DNA of 64,000 nt from Octopus sinensis (GCF_006345805.1 NC_042998.1:372001-436000); one strand, 5' to 3'. Counted from the first letter of the stretch, positions 39,201 to 52,699 are shown. Program-made: numbers and translations. Notes: generated by a model from the sequence alone, not told the origin.

Positions 39201-40075
39201 GATAAAAAATAAGAAAACTGCAAAGAAAAATTTTGATGCTGATGCATCAGGAACAAGCAGCATCTGAGCCAGAATTAGCCTGGACATTAGAATTCTATTT
39301 GCCCTCATTCTGTACATGTATTAAGAAATAACAGAAACTATTCAGAAAATAACAGTGTTAAAAAAATGTCCACTATTTCTGCATTTACACTTTTACTTTG
39401 AGCTATACAATCACTATTCCACTACTATGAATATTGGCACAATGACAAAAACGGACTGGTGATATTATTGAAATGCTGGTGTGATGTCATGTAGACGTGT
39501 GGTGTGCAATAAGAACGATGGATGAAAGCCTCTGCTAGAATGCTCATGGTTAAGAAACAGAGGTTGAAATTGTTCTGGGTAGAGAGGTGTGATGGAGTGG
39601 GTAGTTTAGGGAGACTTTTAACTGAAAAGTGAGTAGATAGGAGTGATGGAGTGACTATCAAAGGCATAATTTTAGCTGAAAAGTGAGGAGATGAGGTAAC
39701 TGAGGTAGACAGAGTAAGTGATAGTATAATTAAACTGAGACTTGTCTCAGTTTAATTAATAGTTATGGTTATCTCTACTTATGCTTCAAAGTTGAGGCTG
39801 GCTGGTGAACAGAAGAACCAGCTTTCTAGCTATTGAGTGGATTTCGTAGATGGAAAGTGAAAGGAGACCATTGTGTATGTGTGTGTGAGTTGGGAGGAAA
39901 TGTCACTCCGCATACTGAAGAAATACCAAATATGAAACACTACTTGTCTGGTCTTGCGTCCATTGTACATATGAATATGACATGTCATACCTTGATATCA
40001 ATGATTCTAAAGTTATGCATAATGGTAATATATCAACACTATGGATTCGAAATGAAACTGAAGAATCTTTCAAAT
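36290..40075 (+). repeat. Degenerate tandem array (~720-860-bp unit): SINE A fragment + decayed coding segment + RTE endonuclease fragment
   Basis: Marker (A)GTGAGTGGATTTGGTAGATGGAAA recurs at ~36605, 37467, 38330, 39053 and 39833. APE fragments at ~37110-37440, 37965-38310, 38700-39030 and 39420-39810. Confidence 0.9.
36661..37018 (+). pseudogene. Decayed, possibly Ig-like coding segment with a hydrophobic C-terminus (best-preserved unit)
   Basis: Frame-corrected consensus: ELGE.ATL...QHCVHRTYECDKTYFDMNAFKVMHDGNISTLWIRNVTEESLTWLFSDDILEFVKRHLKIK...DADASGTSSI.ANMTLDIRILFALILYMY*. The Ig assignment is inferred from weak motifs only. Confidence 0.4.
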
Positions 40076-40089
40076 ATTGAACCAACTGG

Positions 40090-42470
40090 GGGACCAACCA
40101 TTAGATTTGACAGCAATATAATAGAGAAGTCAATTAAGGATATGAAGACCAAGAAAACCCTTGGACTATGAGGAATCACTGCCGATATGATTAAGATAAT
40201 TAGCGGTGTAAGATACAGCCTAGTCACTCATACAGTTAATTGGGTTATCCAGGAAGGCATGAACCCCAATGATTGGGGTAGTAATATTATATTTAGCTGT
40301 CGCAAGGTGATGCCTTAGAGAGAAATAACTACAGAGGTATCAAACTGCAGTACCAGGTCATGAAAGTTACAGAGATAGTTATAACTCCATTGAGTAGGAA
40401 TAGAATTAAGCAAGATGAGATGGAATTCACTTTTGTATCTGGGAAGAATCTGATAGATGCCATTTTCCTGGTGAGACAAATGGAGGAGAAGTATTTGGCA
40501 AAAAGTAAACATTGTACCTGACTTTTATCAGCTGGAAATCATTTGACAGAATCCTTCGCTCTGTTATCTAGTGATCTTTAAGGAAGTTCGGAGTAGATGA
40601 GCTGCCTGTTAAAGTTGTACAAGCTATGTTCAGTGGTGCTGTCAGTAAGGTGAAAATCAGCCACAAATACAGTGATGAATTTAGCATACAAATGGGGGTT
40701 CACTAGAGCTCAGTTCTTAGTCCACTCTTACCATAATCCTCCAGGCCATAACAGAGGAATTTAAAACTAGCTACCCATGGGAACTACTATATACTGATGA
40801 TCTTGCTCTTACTTCAGAATCTGCAGAATCAAAGAAGAAATTCCAGGTATGGAACCAAAACCTGGGATCAAATGGCTTTAAAGTTAACCTGGTAAAGATC
40901 AAAGTTGTTATGGGCAAGAAAAGAGATAAAACTCTATTTCCTTCAAGTAAATGGACTTGCTCAATATGCAGGAAAGGAGTTGGAAGGAATTCCATCCATT
41001 GCATGCAGTGTAAGCTATGAACACATAAGAGGTACAGCAGAATCACATGTAGATTAACAGAAAAAGTCACCTTCATATGACACACAAGAATTAGACTCTT
41101 TGAAATGCCCAGGAAACTCTTGAGGTTGTAGATAGTTTCGGTTACCTAGATGACCAGATTAGCAATAGAGGAGGATGTTCTGAAAGTATTGCTGCTAGAA
41201 TAAGAATAGAAAGGAGGAAGTTCAGGGAGCTATTACTTCTGTTGGTAACAAAAGGACTTTCTCTCAGAGTGAAAAGCAGCAGATTGTATGATGCTTGTGT
41301 ACAAACGACTATTCTCTATGGTAGTGAGACATGAGCTCTGAATGCAGAAGAAATTCATAGATTAGGGGTTAGGGTCCATTGGATGTGCATCATCAGGGTG
41401 CATATACAACAAAGTGCAAATGTGCTGTGAGAAAAGTTGGGCATAAGAGGAATCAGATGCAGCATGCAAGAGAGAAGACTGTTGGTTTGGACATATGATG
41501 TGTATGAATGAAGACAGCTGCATGGCTTAAAGTGGATGGCACCTGCAGACGAGGGGAGACCCAAGAAGACATGGAATGAAGTAGTGAGGATTGATTTCAG
41601 GATGTTGGGCCTCATGGAGGAGATGACAATGGTTATATAGGTATCTGGTTACATAGGATTCTTCAGAAGACCTGCCTACTTCAGTGAAACTGAATTCTGG
41701 AAGCACTGTGTGTTCAAGCCACATGTAACAATAAAACTTTTCACATATCCTACCCTGATAGACTAAACTACACCTCCTTTTCTCTTTTTCACATCTCCTC
41801 ATTTTCATTGCTCCCCAATCCTGTCTTCAGTATCATTGCTATCCTGTTGTCTCCTACCTCCTCTAAATACCTAGGTTTCATTAGTCACAGCATTCCCCCA
41901 CCTACTGCTCTTTGCATTCAGATGAAGCACCTACTCCCTACTCATGCATCCTTACTCTACCATCCCACTTATATTCTGATCCCTGTACCTTGAGGGTATG
42001 CCCTGGCACTTCACCACCATCTCTCTCTCTCTTTCTTGCTCTCTCCTCTGACCGGGTAACTATGTATCTCCTCTACAGCAAGGCACCTGTTTCTCTCCCT
42101 CTGTATCACTCTAACCTCTCATCACCTGGCAAAAGGTTACCTCCTCCAATGCCCCCCCCCCTTTGTTTTGCAAGTTACCTAGTGACCTCACTAATGCTGA
42201 TGCTATGTAAAAAGCATCCAGTCCACACTGTAAAGTAGTTGAAATTTGGAAAGACGTCAGGCTGTAAAAACCATGCCAAGACAGACCTCATTGGTGCTGG
42301 TACCATGTAAAAAGCCTTGTCCACTTTGTAAGGTGGATGGTGTTGGTATCCAGCTGTAGAAACTATGCCAAAACCTGGTGCAGTCTTCTAGCTTGCCAGC
42401 TTAAGTCAAACCATCCAACCCATGCCAGCATGAAGAACGGATGTTAAATGATGACAGCGATGATGATGAT
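40090..42470 (+). mobile_element. Decayed RTE LINE: RT, Cys-rich insert, long 3' UTR and (GAT)n tail
   Basis: Fragments resemble SVLSPL, WELLYTDDLAL, LKVNLVKIKV, CSICRKGVGRNSIHCMQCKL and LYDACV..LYGSET. Tail at ~42445-42470. Confidence 0.85.
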
Positions 42471-43050
42471 ACATATAGGCATGACTGTGTGGTTAGAAGT
42501 TTGCTTTCCAACTACATGGTTCTGGGTTCAGTCCTACTGTGAGGCACCTTGGTAAAATGTCTTCTACTATACTCTCGGGCGGACCAAAGCCTTGTGAGTT
42601 GATTTGGTAGATGGAAACTGAAAGAAGCCTGTTGTATATATACATATACGTGTGTATGTGTCTTTATGTCTGTGTTCACTCCCCACCACTGATTGACAAC
42701 CAGTGTTGGTGTGTTCACAACCCTATAAATTAGTGGCTCAGCAAAAGAGCTTTAAAAAGAAAGTACTGGTGTCAACTCATTTGACTAAAAACTCTTCAAG
42801 ACTCAGCATGGCCACAGTCTAATGACTGAAACAAGTAAAAGATAAAAGATATATATATATATATATATATATAGGAGTGGCTGTGTGGTAAGTAGCTTGC
42901 TTACAAACCACATGGTTCTGGTTTCAGTCCCACTACATGGCACCTTGGGCAAGTGTCTTCTACTATAGCCTCGGGCTGACCAAAGCCTTGTGAGTGGATT
43001 TGGTAGACGGAAACTGATAGTCACATGACTGAAACAAGTAAAAGAGTATA

Positions 43051-43091
<41 letters not shown>

Positions 43092-43476
43092 GTGCATGCA
43101 CTTACCTACATACATTCACAGATATATGTAAAGTTCTCAATCTAAAAAATATATGATTCATAAAAGAGCTCAATACAAGTTGTACTGAATATCAAATAGA
43201 GTAACACCAAGTGTACCAATCTATGAAAATCTTTATGTAGTAAACACTTCTGTTTTTTTTTTTTTTTAGGTCACTTTATACTTAAATCCTTAAAATCCTT
43301 TAAAATGTTTTAGCCCGAAGGCCACGGCCATGCTGGGGCAAAGGAGAATCAGTTCTATGAATTACTGCATAAAAAGAATACAGAAAAATGTGTTGGCTGC
43401 ATCACTGCCATTTCAGAAACTCAACCACAAAAACTTTAATGTTTTGCATTATGATAAGGATGTACCTGATATATAT

Positions 43477-43662
43477 AAGACATCACAAAATCTGTTACTC
43501 AGAGTTTCACATTACCGTTCATCGAACAGTTTTGGTTTAGAATGGAACAAAATATGGTTATATGTATAAATATACAATTACTTTGATAGATACACATTCT
43601 AAACCAAAACTGTCCAATGAACAGAAACGTGAATCTCTGAGTAACAGTTTTTGCGATATCTT
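43477..43662. mobile_element. Fold-back MITE-like element (imperfect ~68-bp arms)
   Basis: 43477-43544 is approximately the reverse complement of 43595-43662. Confidence 0.75.
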
Positions 43663-43716
43663 TTCAGCTTTATTAATAAAGTATATATATATACACACAT
43701 ATATATATATATATAT

Positions 43717-43830
<114 letters not shown>

Positions 43831-44001
43831 TATATATGCTTACTTGTTTAAGACAGCCCATCAAAGGTGATGACAGCATTGATCAAAGACATTAATCCAC
43901 CTCCACATCCAGCATGAACATTTGATCACTATAAACAAAATCATTTGTTCAGGTTGTTTGGTAAAGACTGAACACTCATAAGTCATCTTTGATGGGTGAG
44001 T

Positions 44002-44029
<28 letters not shown>

Positions 44030-44037
<8 letters not shown>

Positions 44038-44370
44038 GGGAGCACTCCATTGGTTACAACGACGAGGGTCCCAGCTGATACGATCAACGGAACAGCCTTC
44101 TCATGAAATTAACGTGCAAGTGACTGAGCAATCCACAGACACGTGTATCCCTAACGTAGTTCTCAGGGAGATACAGTGGGACACAGAGTGTGACAAGGCT
44201 GACCCTTTGAAATACAGGTACAACTCATTTTGCCAGCTGAGTGGATGGAGTGACGTGAAAGTAAAGTGTCTTGCTCAAGGACACAACGCGTCATCGGGAA
44301 TTGAACTCACGACCTTATAATCATGAGGCGAATGCCCTAACCACTAAGTGACACACCTTCACAATATATA
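44030..44370 (-). mobile_element. SINE family C-related copy
   Basis: Shares its body with 63410-63500 and its head with 56560-56710. Confidence 0.75.
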
Positions 44371-44904
44371 TTATATATAATAGGCAAATTACCACGTCTC
44401 AATAAAAATCGTATTCATTTAGCTCTACAGTATTTACTTCTGTACATTGTGAGAAATTAAGTAAAAACAGAGTAAAAAATTGAATGAGAGAAAATAAAGA
44501 GAAAGAAAGTAAGCATAACAACAAATGTGATGAAATGAAGATACTGAAAGTGATATTATCAAAACATCTACTGACTAATGCAATCGTGTCATTGCCTGTG
44601 GCTATGGAACTCTGTCTAGCAAATAACTCCAATGGCAATTGCTAATTCTATAAGCATGTTGGTAGTGTGTGTTGTTAAACATTTCATTGTTTAAAAGTGA
44701 TTATTTTATTCGAAAGATTACAGTTTCAAATGTGTATCTTACATTATGGTATGAATGCAGGTTGTGAAAGAATTTCCTGTTGACACACTTATAATAAAAG
44801 TCTCGTTATATAAGCAGATAAATTATATCATTGACTTTCAACTTTTAATGACAACAGGTGGAGGTTGCATTATATTTGAGATTGCACTCTACTCAAGTAA
44901 ATGC

Positions 44905-45249
44905 AATATAGTGGAGGCACATGGCCTTGTGGTTAGAGCAGCACACTCGTGGTCGAGGGAGTGCGGGTTCAAATCTCAGACCAGGCGATGTATGTGTTTA
45001 TGAGCGAAACACCTGAGCTCCACGCGGCTCTGGCGGAAGGTAATGGTGAACTTCTGCTGACTCTTTCACCACAACTTTCTCTCACTTTGCCTTTCCCTTG
45101 GATAACACTGGTAACGTGGAGAAGGGAGGCCGTTATGCATGGGCGACTGCTGGTCTTCCATAAACAATCTTGCCCGGACTTGTGCCTGGGAGGGTAACTT
45201 TCTAGGTGCAATCCTGCAATCCCATGGTCTGTGTCATAACCGAAGGGGG

Positions 45250-45252
<3 letters not shown>
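44905..45252 (+). mobile_element. SINE family C copy
   Basis: GTGGAGGCACATGGCCTTGTGGTTAGAGCAGC...GGTTCAAATC head plus the family-C tail. Confidence 0.85.
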
Positions 45253-45293
<41 letters not shown>

Positions 45294-46015
45294 TTATATA
45301 TTTTTGATAATATAATAGGTTAAACAGGATGATGTCTCTATTACAATATTACAATAACCAATACATTGTTCATGAATAGTAATATTATGACCATGAAATT
45401 AGTATTAGCTTATTTCACTCTTTCTTGCAGAACTCCAAGGAATCTTTTACGGAACCCTAGGGTTCTGGGGAGCCCCGGTTGAGAAATGCTGCAGATACTC
45501 TACTACTTATTCCCCCTCCCAGTTGAGGTGTCTCTTTAGTTTTGCAAGTTACAAAGTGAGACCACATAATTCAGTGTGTTTCTTTTAAGATAGCAAAGTG
45601 TGATTTGAGGGATATATTTAGCTGATCGATCCTGAAAGGTTGAATGAAAGGTGGCAGGAATTGAACTCAGAATGTAAAGATGGATGGAATGCTGCAAAGC
45701 AATTTGTCCAGTGTGCAAACAATTCTGCAAGCCCACCAACTTATAATAAGAAATAATAATAATATGAAGAAATATAAGATTTACTCACAGCTCTGATTCG
45801 CCATTACTTACAGAAGAAACTTAGTAATACTCACCTGCAAAAAGACAAAAGAAAAGAAAAACAATCCTTATTATTATTACAAATTTAGTCATTGTAATTA
45901 AGGTGAAACAATCAATATAGTATTTCTTAATAAGGCATTAAAGTTTTTAGGAAGACAGGTAGAGTGATATGTCTTTTTAAAAAAGGAACAACGATACTAC
46001 AACACAAAAATATAC

Positions 46016-46070
46016 CATGCGATGCAACTGGAAGTTGGATGATAGGTTGTCTATACAAGCGCTTGACCAG
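46016..46070 (-). CDS. Candidate 55-nt internal exon of an unidentified host gene (LVKRLYRQPIIQLPVASH-G)
   Basis: Acceptor GTTGCTATTTACAG|CTG, donor G|GTATAT, open in phase 0. No homology recognised. Confidence 0.3.
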
Positions 46071-46164
46071 CTGTAAATAGCAACCAAATATTTCTCAAAC
46101 CCCACTCTGTACAAGGACTGTCTTATAAGAGGATAAGTCACATTTGATAATGTACTTGCAGATA

Positions 46165-46770
46165 TGTTCTTGATTCGACGGTCATTCGGAATGCTCACAG
46201 CAGCCATATTCCTACCACTCTATGTCACGCTGGTGAGACCCATATTGGAATACGGGATTCAAGCCTCTTCTCCTTATCTCCTCAAAGACATACAGCATCT
46301 TGAAAGAGTCCAGAAGCTGGCTACCCGCATGGTTCATGGTCTCAAAAATTTGTCCTACGAAGAATGGCTGAGGACGCTCGACCTTTATTCTCTTGAAAAA
46401 CGCCGCCGCCGTGGTGATCTCATTCTCGCCCACAACATCATAAGCGGAAAGTGTAACCTCTCGAAAGAGCTGTTCTTCACTCCTGCTCCAGAGCGTCGGC
46501 TGCGGGGTCATTCCGAAAAGCTCTACCTGCGACGATTTCATCTCAATCGAAGGAGAGGAGCTTTCTACGTCCGGGTTGCGGATCCGTGGAACAAGCTGCC
46601 AGACGAGATGGTGAAGATGCCGACGACCGCTTTGTTCAAAACCTCCCTGGACCTCAAGTGGCCTGAACTCTTTACATGAACACCACCCTGTACTTAACTC
46701 CATGTCCCCCCACATGGCCTTGCTATTTGCTTTTGAGCCAAATTAACTAACTAACTAACTAACTAACTAA
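46165..46770 (+). mobile_element. 5'-truncated CR1-clade LINE with (TAAC)n tail
   Basis: LYVTLVRPILEYG..SPYL.KDI..LERVQK.AT..LSYEE.L..SLEKRR.RGDLI..RGHS.KL..RV..WNKLP; frame open to 46679; tail at 46742-46770. Confidence 0.92.
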
Positions 46771-47677
46771 GATGAGAAAGGCATTACTAGAATACCTTTG
46801 ACCAAAAGTTTGCTTTAGGAGTTGTGTATGTGTGAATGTATGTGTACATTGTATGTGTGTGTGTGCATAGGCACGTGTGTGTGTGTGCATAGGCACAGGT
46901 ATAGCTATGTGGATATGATATTTGCTTAATAACGATGTGGCTGTAAATTATATCTTGTAGCGTGGCACCTTGGCAGATGCCTTTAATTGTATCCTCAAGC
47001 TATTATTGTGAGGGAAATTGATAGAGGGAAACTGTATGGAAGCCCATTGTATATTTGTGGGTGCTTATGCAAATATTTATGTTCATGTACTCACATGAAA
47101 ATGTTGAGCAGAAATCAGTGATATTATGTTAACATTCTCTGCCAATTAATTGTCCTCTAGTGCTTTGTTTATATTGACAAACAAATGCACACACACCTAC
47201 ACATACACACATGCACATACACACATACACACATGCACACACAAACATGCATATACATGAGGTGTTCAACAATTAATCTTTGAATCAGAAAGGATTGACT
47301 GAGAGAGAGATTGAGTGTTAGTGAGGAATAAGAAAGATAGACAGATAGATAGATAAATATATAAACAGACAGACAAACAGATAGATAGACAGAGAGAGAG
47401 GAGAGGGAGAGGGAGAGAGAGAGAGAGGGAGAGAGAGGGAGAGAGTTGAATGTGTCTCTGTAGCAAAAGCACAGAAGCTTACAATTGAAAAATAGTTCAA
47501 AGTTGGGTTTATCGTGTATGCAAACATTATCAAGTTGCAAATAGCTGAGTAAATAATTAAATAAGAATTAATTGTACCATAAAAACAATATTGCTTTTAA
47601 TTTTTTTTAACATGGTCCTCTGTAGATTCTCTTTTGTAATTTTGATCAACACACACATAACATACTCAAACATACCT

Positions 47678-48062
47678 CTTTTACTTGTTTCAGTCATTTG
47701 ACTGTGGCCATGCTGGAGCACCACCTTTAGTCGAACAAATCGACCCCAGAACTTATTCTTTGTAAGCCTAGTACTTATTCTATCGGCCTCTTTTGCCGAA
47801 CCACTAAGTTACGGGGACGTAAACACACCAGCATCGGTTGTCAAGCGATGTTGGTGGGACAAACAGACACACAAAACATATACATATATATACACATATA
47901 TATGATGGGCTTCTTTCAGTTTCCATCTACCAAATCCACTCACAAGTCTTTGGTCGGCCCGAGGCTATAGTAGAAGACATTTGCCCAAGGTGCCACGCAG
48001 TAGGACTGAACCTGAGACTATGTGGTTGGTAAGCAAGCTACTTACCACACAGCCACACCTGC
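47678..48062 (-). mobile_element. SINE family A copy
   Basis: Full family-A pattern, reverse complement. Confidence 0.9.
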
Positions 48063-48624
48063 GCTTATGTTTATTATGTTTAAACCAAATATTTCTTCAT
48101 TCATTTAACATCTATTTCTCAGTGCTGTATGAATTTAGTCAGAGATTTGAGGTAGGAACTTCACTACTGAATACTGTCCTTGACACTAATCTTGTTGTGT
48201 AGGGATTTATGTTAAAAGAGCAGAGTGACAAGTCATAATGTCAATCAAGAATGTGAATATTACCATTGCTTTGCTCAACCGTTCGAAGAAATCATCAAAG
48301 CTCTTTATTGATTAATTTTGCAAACTGCATGATGGCCTCATCAGAGCTGATAGCATGAAAAAAGTACCCAATATACACAGTAAAATGGTTGGCATTAGGA
48401 AGGGCATCTAATCAAAGAAACCATATCAAAGTAGACACTGGAGCACAATGCAGTCCTCTCAAACCACCCAGTCCATACCTGCATGAAACGTGAACCTTAG
48501 ATAATGTTGAAGATGATGATCATCATCATGACCATCTTATACAAAAATAGTTAATGTTCTCTTAGTTAAGAGTACCACTGCAAAATGGGGTGTTACACAC
48601 GTGTTCTTTAACTATTACTCCTCA

Positions 48625-48900
48625 TCTTTTATATAAAATCCGTTCTGTCCATCTGTGTGTGTGTCTTCTAGGATCTCGGGCATCCTCCATCCGATTGCGC
48701 TCATATCTGATATGTATATACTGATGGTATCAGGGCGTGTATAAATCTTGAAAAAATTACAAAAATCGATTCCAGGTGAGAATGTGATCAATAAAGCTGT
48801 GGGAACATGCATTTGTATGCACAAGTACATCAGCTGTTGCGATCAATAGTACATGTACGCGAGAAAAATGCATGTGCAATTTGCGCAAAAAAAAGCTGGC
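48625..48900 (+). mobile_element. Helitron-like non-autonomous element, 5' part
   Basis: A|TCTTTTATATAAAATCCGTTCTGTCCATCTGTGTGTG start resembles the other two Helitron ends. 3' end not found. Confidence 0.45.
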
Positions 48901-49859
48901 TGGCTTAAAATAAAGCCACAAAATGCAGAATATTTAAGAGACCAAAAAAGTAAGATGCAAAAGAGATATTTTCTTCAAACTTAGCATGAAGGAAGGAAAG
49001 ACTATTTGGTTTCTCAAGAAGTTTTTTTTCTGTCTTAGCTTTGTTTAACAAAACCAAAAATTTTATTGAAATAAAGGCATGCTTAATTATTTTTTAATGA
49101 AAAGAAAACACTGATTGCTTTTTATTCAGCAGATATGATTCAGCACCGTCCATTGGATGGGGGGAGGGCGTTTTGCTCATCTTATATATATATATATATA
49201 TATATGATCTCCTTTCCTTTGATAATGATTTATCAATGCATAGCATTCTATGTAGATGACATGATAGCAATTACATCTATATTATGGAAAAGCAACATAC
49301 TACCTTCAACCACATATTCATAAGCTAGAATCCTAGCTTAACAAAAAACAGATTAAGAGAAGCATCAAGCAAATCCACTGATCAAAATCAATTATTCACA
49401 AGCAACATTAAATATCATCATCTTGTACCTAGTATCACATTCAACAAAACCAACCACTTAATCCACACACACACACACACACATACACACACACACAAAA
49501 AAACAACATCAGGGGTTCTCAATCATATGTAGCTTCTGAAACCCCTTTTAACAAAAGGTGTTTTACAAATTACTCTTCTTCATTTTGGGGGGAGAAAATA
49601 AAATCCCTAAAAACAGTAATTTAATGTGAGAGAAGTTCATTTTATACAGGGGTTTCTTGTTTATTATCCCAACCCTGATATATTATATGCAGGTGCAGTT
49701 ATAGCTGTGTAGTTAAGAAGTTTGCATCCCAACCATGTATTCTTGGGTTCAATCCTACCCTGCTGCGTTGCAGTTTGGGCAAGTGTCTTCTACTTTAGCT
49801 TTGAGCTGACCAAAGCCTCGTGAGTGGGCTTGTTAGATGGAAACTGAAGGAAGTCTGTG

Positions 49860-50030
49860 AAACCAACCAACCAACCAACCAACCAACCAGCCTGCTTGCC
49901 TGCCTGCTTGCTTGCCTGCCTGCTTGCTTGCCTGCTTGCTTGCCTGCATACCTATCTGCCTGCCTGCCTGCCTGCCTCTCCTGCCTACCTACCTACCTAC
50001 TTACCTACATACCTACATATGTATATATAT
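49860..50030. repeat. Compound tetranucleotide microsatellite (AACC)n-(GCYT)n-(ACCT)n
   Basis: Directly visible. Confidence 0.9.
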
Positions 50031-52699
50031 ATATATCAAATTTATCGTAAACAAAAGATGAAGACAGTTGCGGTAACAACAAACAGGTGTACTAGTTTGA
50101 CACTTGTGAAGAATGGAAATGTCTTTGATGTTTCAAGCCTATGCTCTTCAATAGAAAGGATTGAAAGGAAAAACAAGGAGAGAAACTGAAAAAAGAAATG
50201 CAGAGTGAAAAAAAAATGTCTAGGGATTAATGGTTCAACATATATACATATAAAATTAAAAAAAAAAAACCCAAAACAAAAAAGACATTAGCTCTACCTG
50301 TTGGTCCAGAAAACACACAAAATAAAAAAACAAACATATTTATCTTTTAATGATTTACAGGAAACTTATGCAAGAGCTGCTGTTATTTTTAAGAGGTTAT
50401 AGCTTCAAAGACAATAAGTATATATAGGCAGATAGGGTAATCCAAGTTGGGGATCAGATGAAGGGTGTGAAGCAAAAAGGGTGTCTGTTTGTCCCACCAA
50501 CATCACTTGACAACCGATGGTGGTGTGTTTACGCCCCCGTAACTTAGCGGTTCGGCAAAAGAGACCAATAGAATAAGTACTAGGCTTCCAAAGAATAAGT
50601 CCTGGGGTCAATTTGCACAACTTAAGGTGGTGCTCCAGCATGGCCACAGTCAAATGACTGAAACAAGTAAAAGAGATAAAAGAGAGAGAGAGAGAATTCA
50701 TGTGTGTCTTTAAAACAAGTTGGTGTTCGGTGTGTAGCCTGCATTATTTTGTTTAAAAAATAAAACCATAAATACAAAACAAAAACCTCAAAATACCTAT
50801 TAGGTACTAAATATGCACACACCATAAGTTACTAATAGTAATTGTAAAATGATTTTGGATTGGCCAACATGGAAAATTTCTATGGTAACTAAATATATAA
50901 ACCAATAAAATAAAGTTTTATAAAGAAATATAGAAAGTTACAATCTCAAGATATCTTTGTAGCTGTCAGTGAGTATTTTTTTTTTTGCAAATACTATTTT
51001 GTTATCAAAGCGCAACAATATCTTAGTTGACACTAGATATCTTGTGATTAGTTCTTAAAAGGTTTAAAGAAAATCTTAGGAAGATCTGGGCTTATCTGCA
51101 GAAATTTAAGTTTGACGAAACACCAGAATGACAAAATCTCAGATGAGTGCGAATTAGGGACCAATTGCACTTATGAGATGAGACATCCAAATTATCATAG
51201 TGTAGGCCTACTATAGATGTGTTAAGGTGTTAGCAATGTATTAAGGTGTTAATGATGTGTTCAGCTGTTACTGATGTGTTCTGGTGCCTCTGATGTTTAG
51301 GTGTTACTGATGTCTCTCTCACTAGTTTTATGCAGTATTGATAAGTTTCTGATGTTCTATATTATTGTTGTTTGATGTTTGGTTTATGTATATTAATCAG
51401 TATGTGTTCTTGGTGTTACGTATATGTCTGTCTATATATCTATCTACACACACACGTTTCAATAATGTAGGTAGCCGTTCAAGAATTTGGACCTGGAGAT
51501 CTCCATTTCCAGCGACTTTGAGGGCCACCTCCCAGTGGTGCCGGGCGTCAATGAAGAGCCCTCGACTACAACAAGACGACCAAAGTTTTTTTTTTCCAAG
51601 GTCAGGGGTCTCCCGTCCTTAAACCCTAGACCATCACCTAATCACCCTTACCTGTCTTGTTGCTAAACAACAACAATATTGTAGGTAGTTATGATTTATT
51701 TCGTAATTTTGATTCCCATCCTAGTTGTTTATCAGATTTTGGTTTTTGGCAGCATAATTTATCTTGTAACTCAGCAAGGGAGCTGAGCTGCAATGTGGTT
51801 GCTTGACCATCTGTACACAGCAGCAGAGATAAATCTTCCTCAAATGATACTCTACTCCAGTCACTGACAAACTGTATTCCACAACCCACATGTAGGATTT
51901 TCTGAATAGCACACCAACAAACAATTACCTTGAATGTATTTTAGTAGTGTGGCCCACCTGATGATGAACCATCTCTTATGGAGCCCACATCTCATAAAAA
52001 GATGCCCATACCTGCTCCACTGCATCGAGGGAAGAAAAACAAAATGCTGATGTTGTTCAGGGTAACTGTCTGGCAAGAAGATCAAACTGGTATGGCTGGA
52101 ATGTTTTTGATCACAGGTCAGCTTGATCTGACTGACCTGGGGCTAAACAATAACAAAATAAATGCTTCCAAAATATCCTCTCTCTTTATAGTGGTTATAG
52201 TAGACAGAATTGGTAGAATAATTGACAAGATGTTTTAGTTCAGGCAGAAAAGAGATGATCTATGGGGTCAGTAGAATGTTCCTTGGACACAGGTCTAGGG
52301 TTGGTCAACCAAGGTTAGGTTGCCTGGGTGAGGGAGCATGTAAAACCTGAAACAATCAGTGACCTCAGAAAACAATACTGATGATGTGTCCAAGTATTGA
52401 TCTATAGATATATGCAGAATTGCCTCCTTTACTTTCTGGGATCAAATCCTGCTAGGGTAAACTTTTAGGGATTTGATCAAATAGATACCACTCATAGGGG
52501 TTGGGGGCAATGAAAACACTTTGAACATCATCCTGAAAAGCTTCACTGCTAAAACGAACAAGCATAGAGACATTTTTGAACTGATTTGAAACATTACTTT
52601 TCTATTATTGGAGTTATCTGATTTAAATGATGTACAAATATGGTGGTGATAATAACAACAACAACAATAATAATAATAATAATAATAATGATAATAATA

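Noticed and set aside
51689-52238. Cluster of 66-86-aa ORFs in non-repetitive sequence
   Set aside because: No recognisable domain, and several frames are similarly open; could be old TE or UTR sequence and needs BLASTx.
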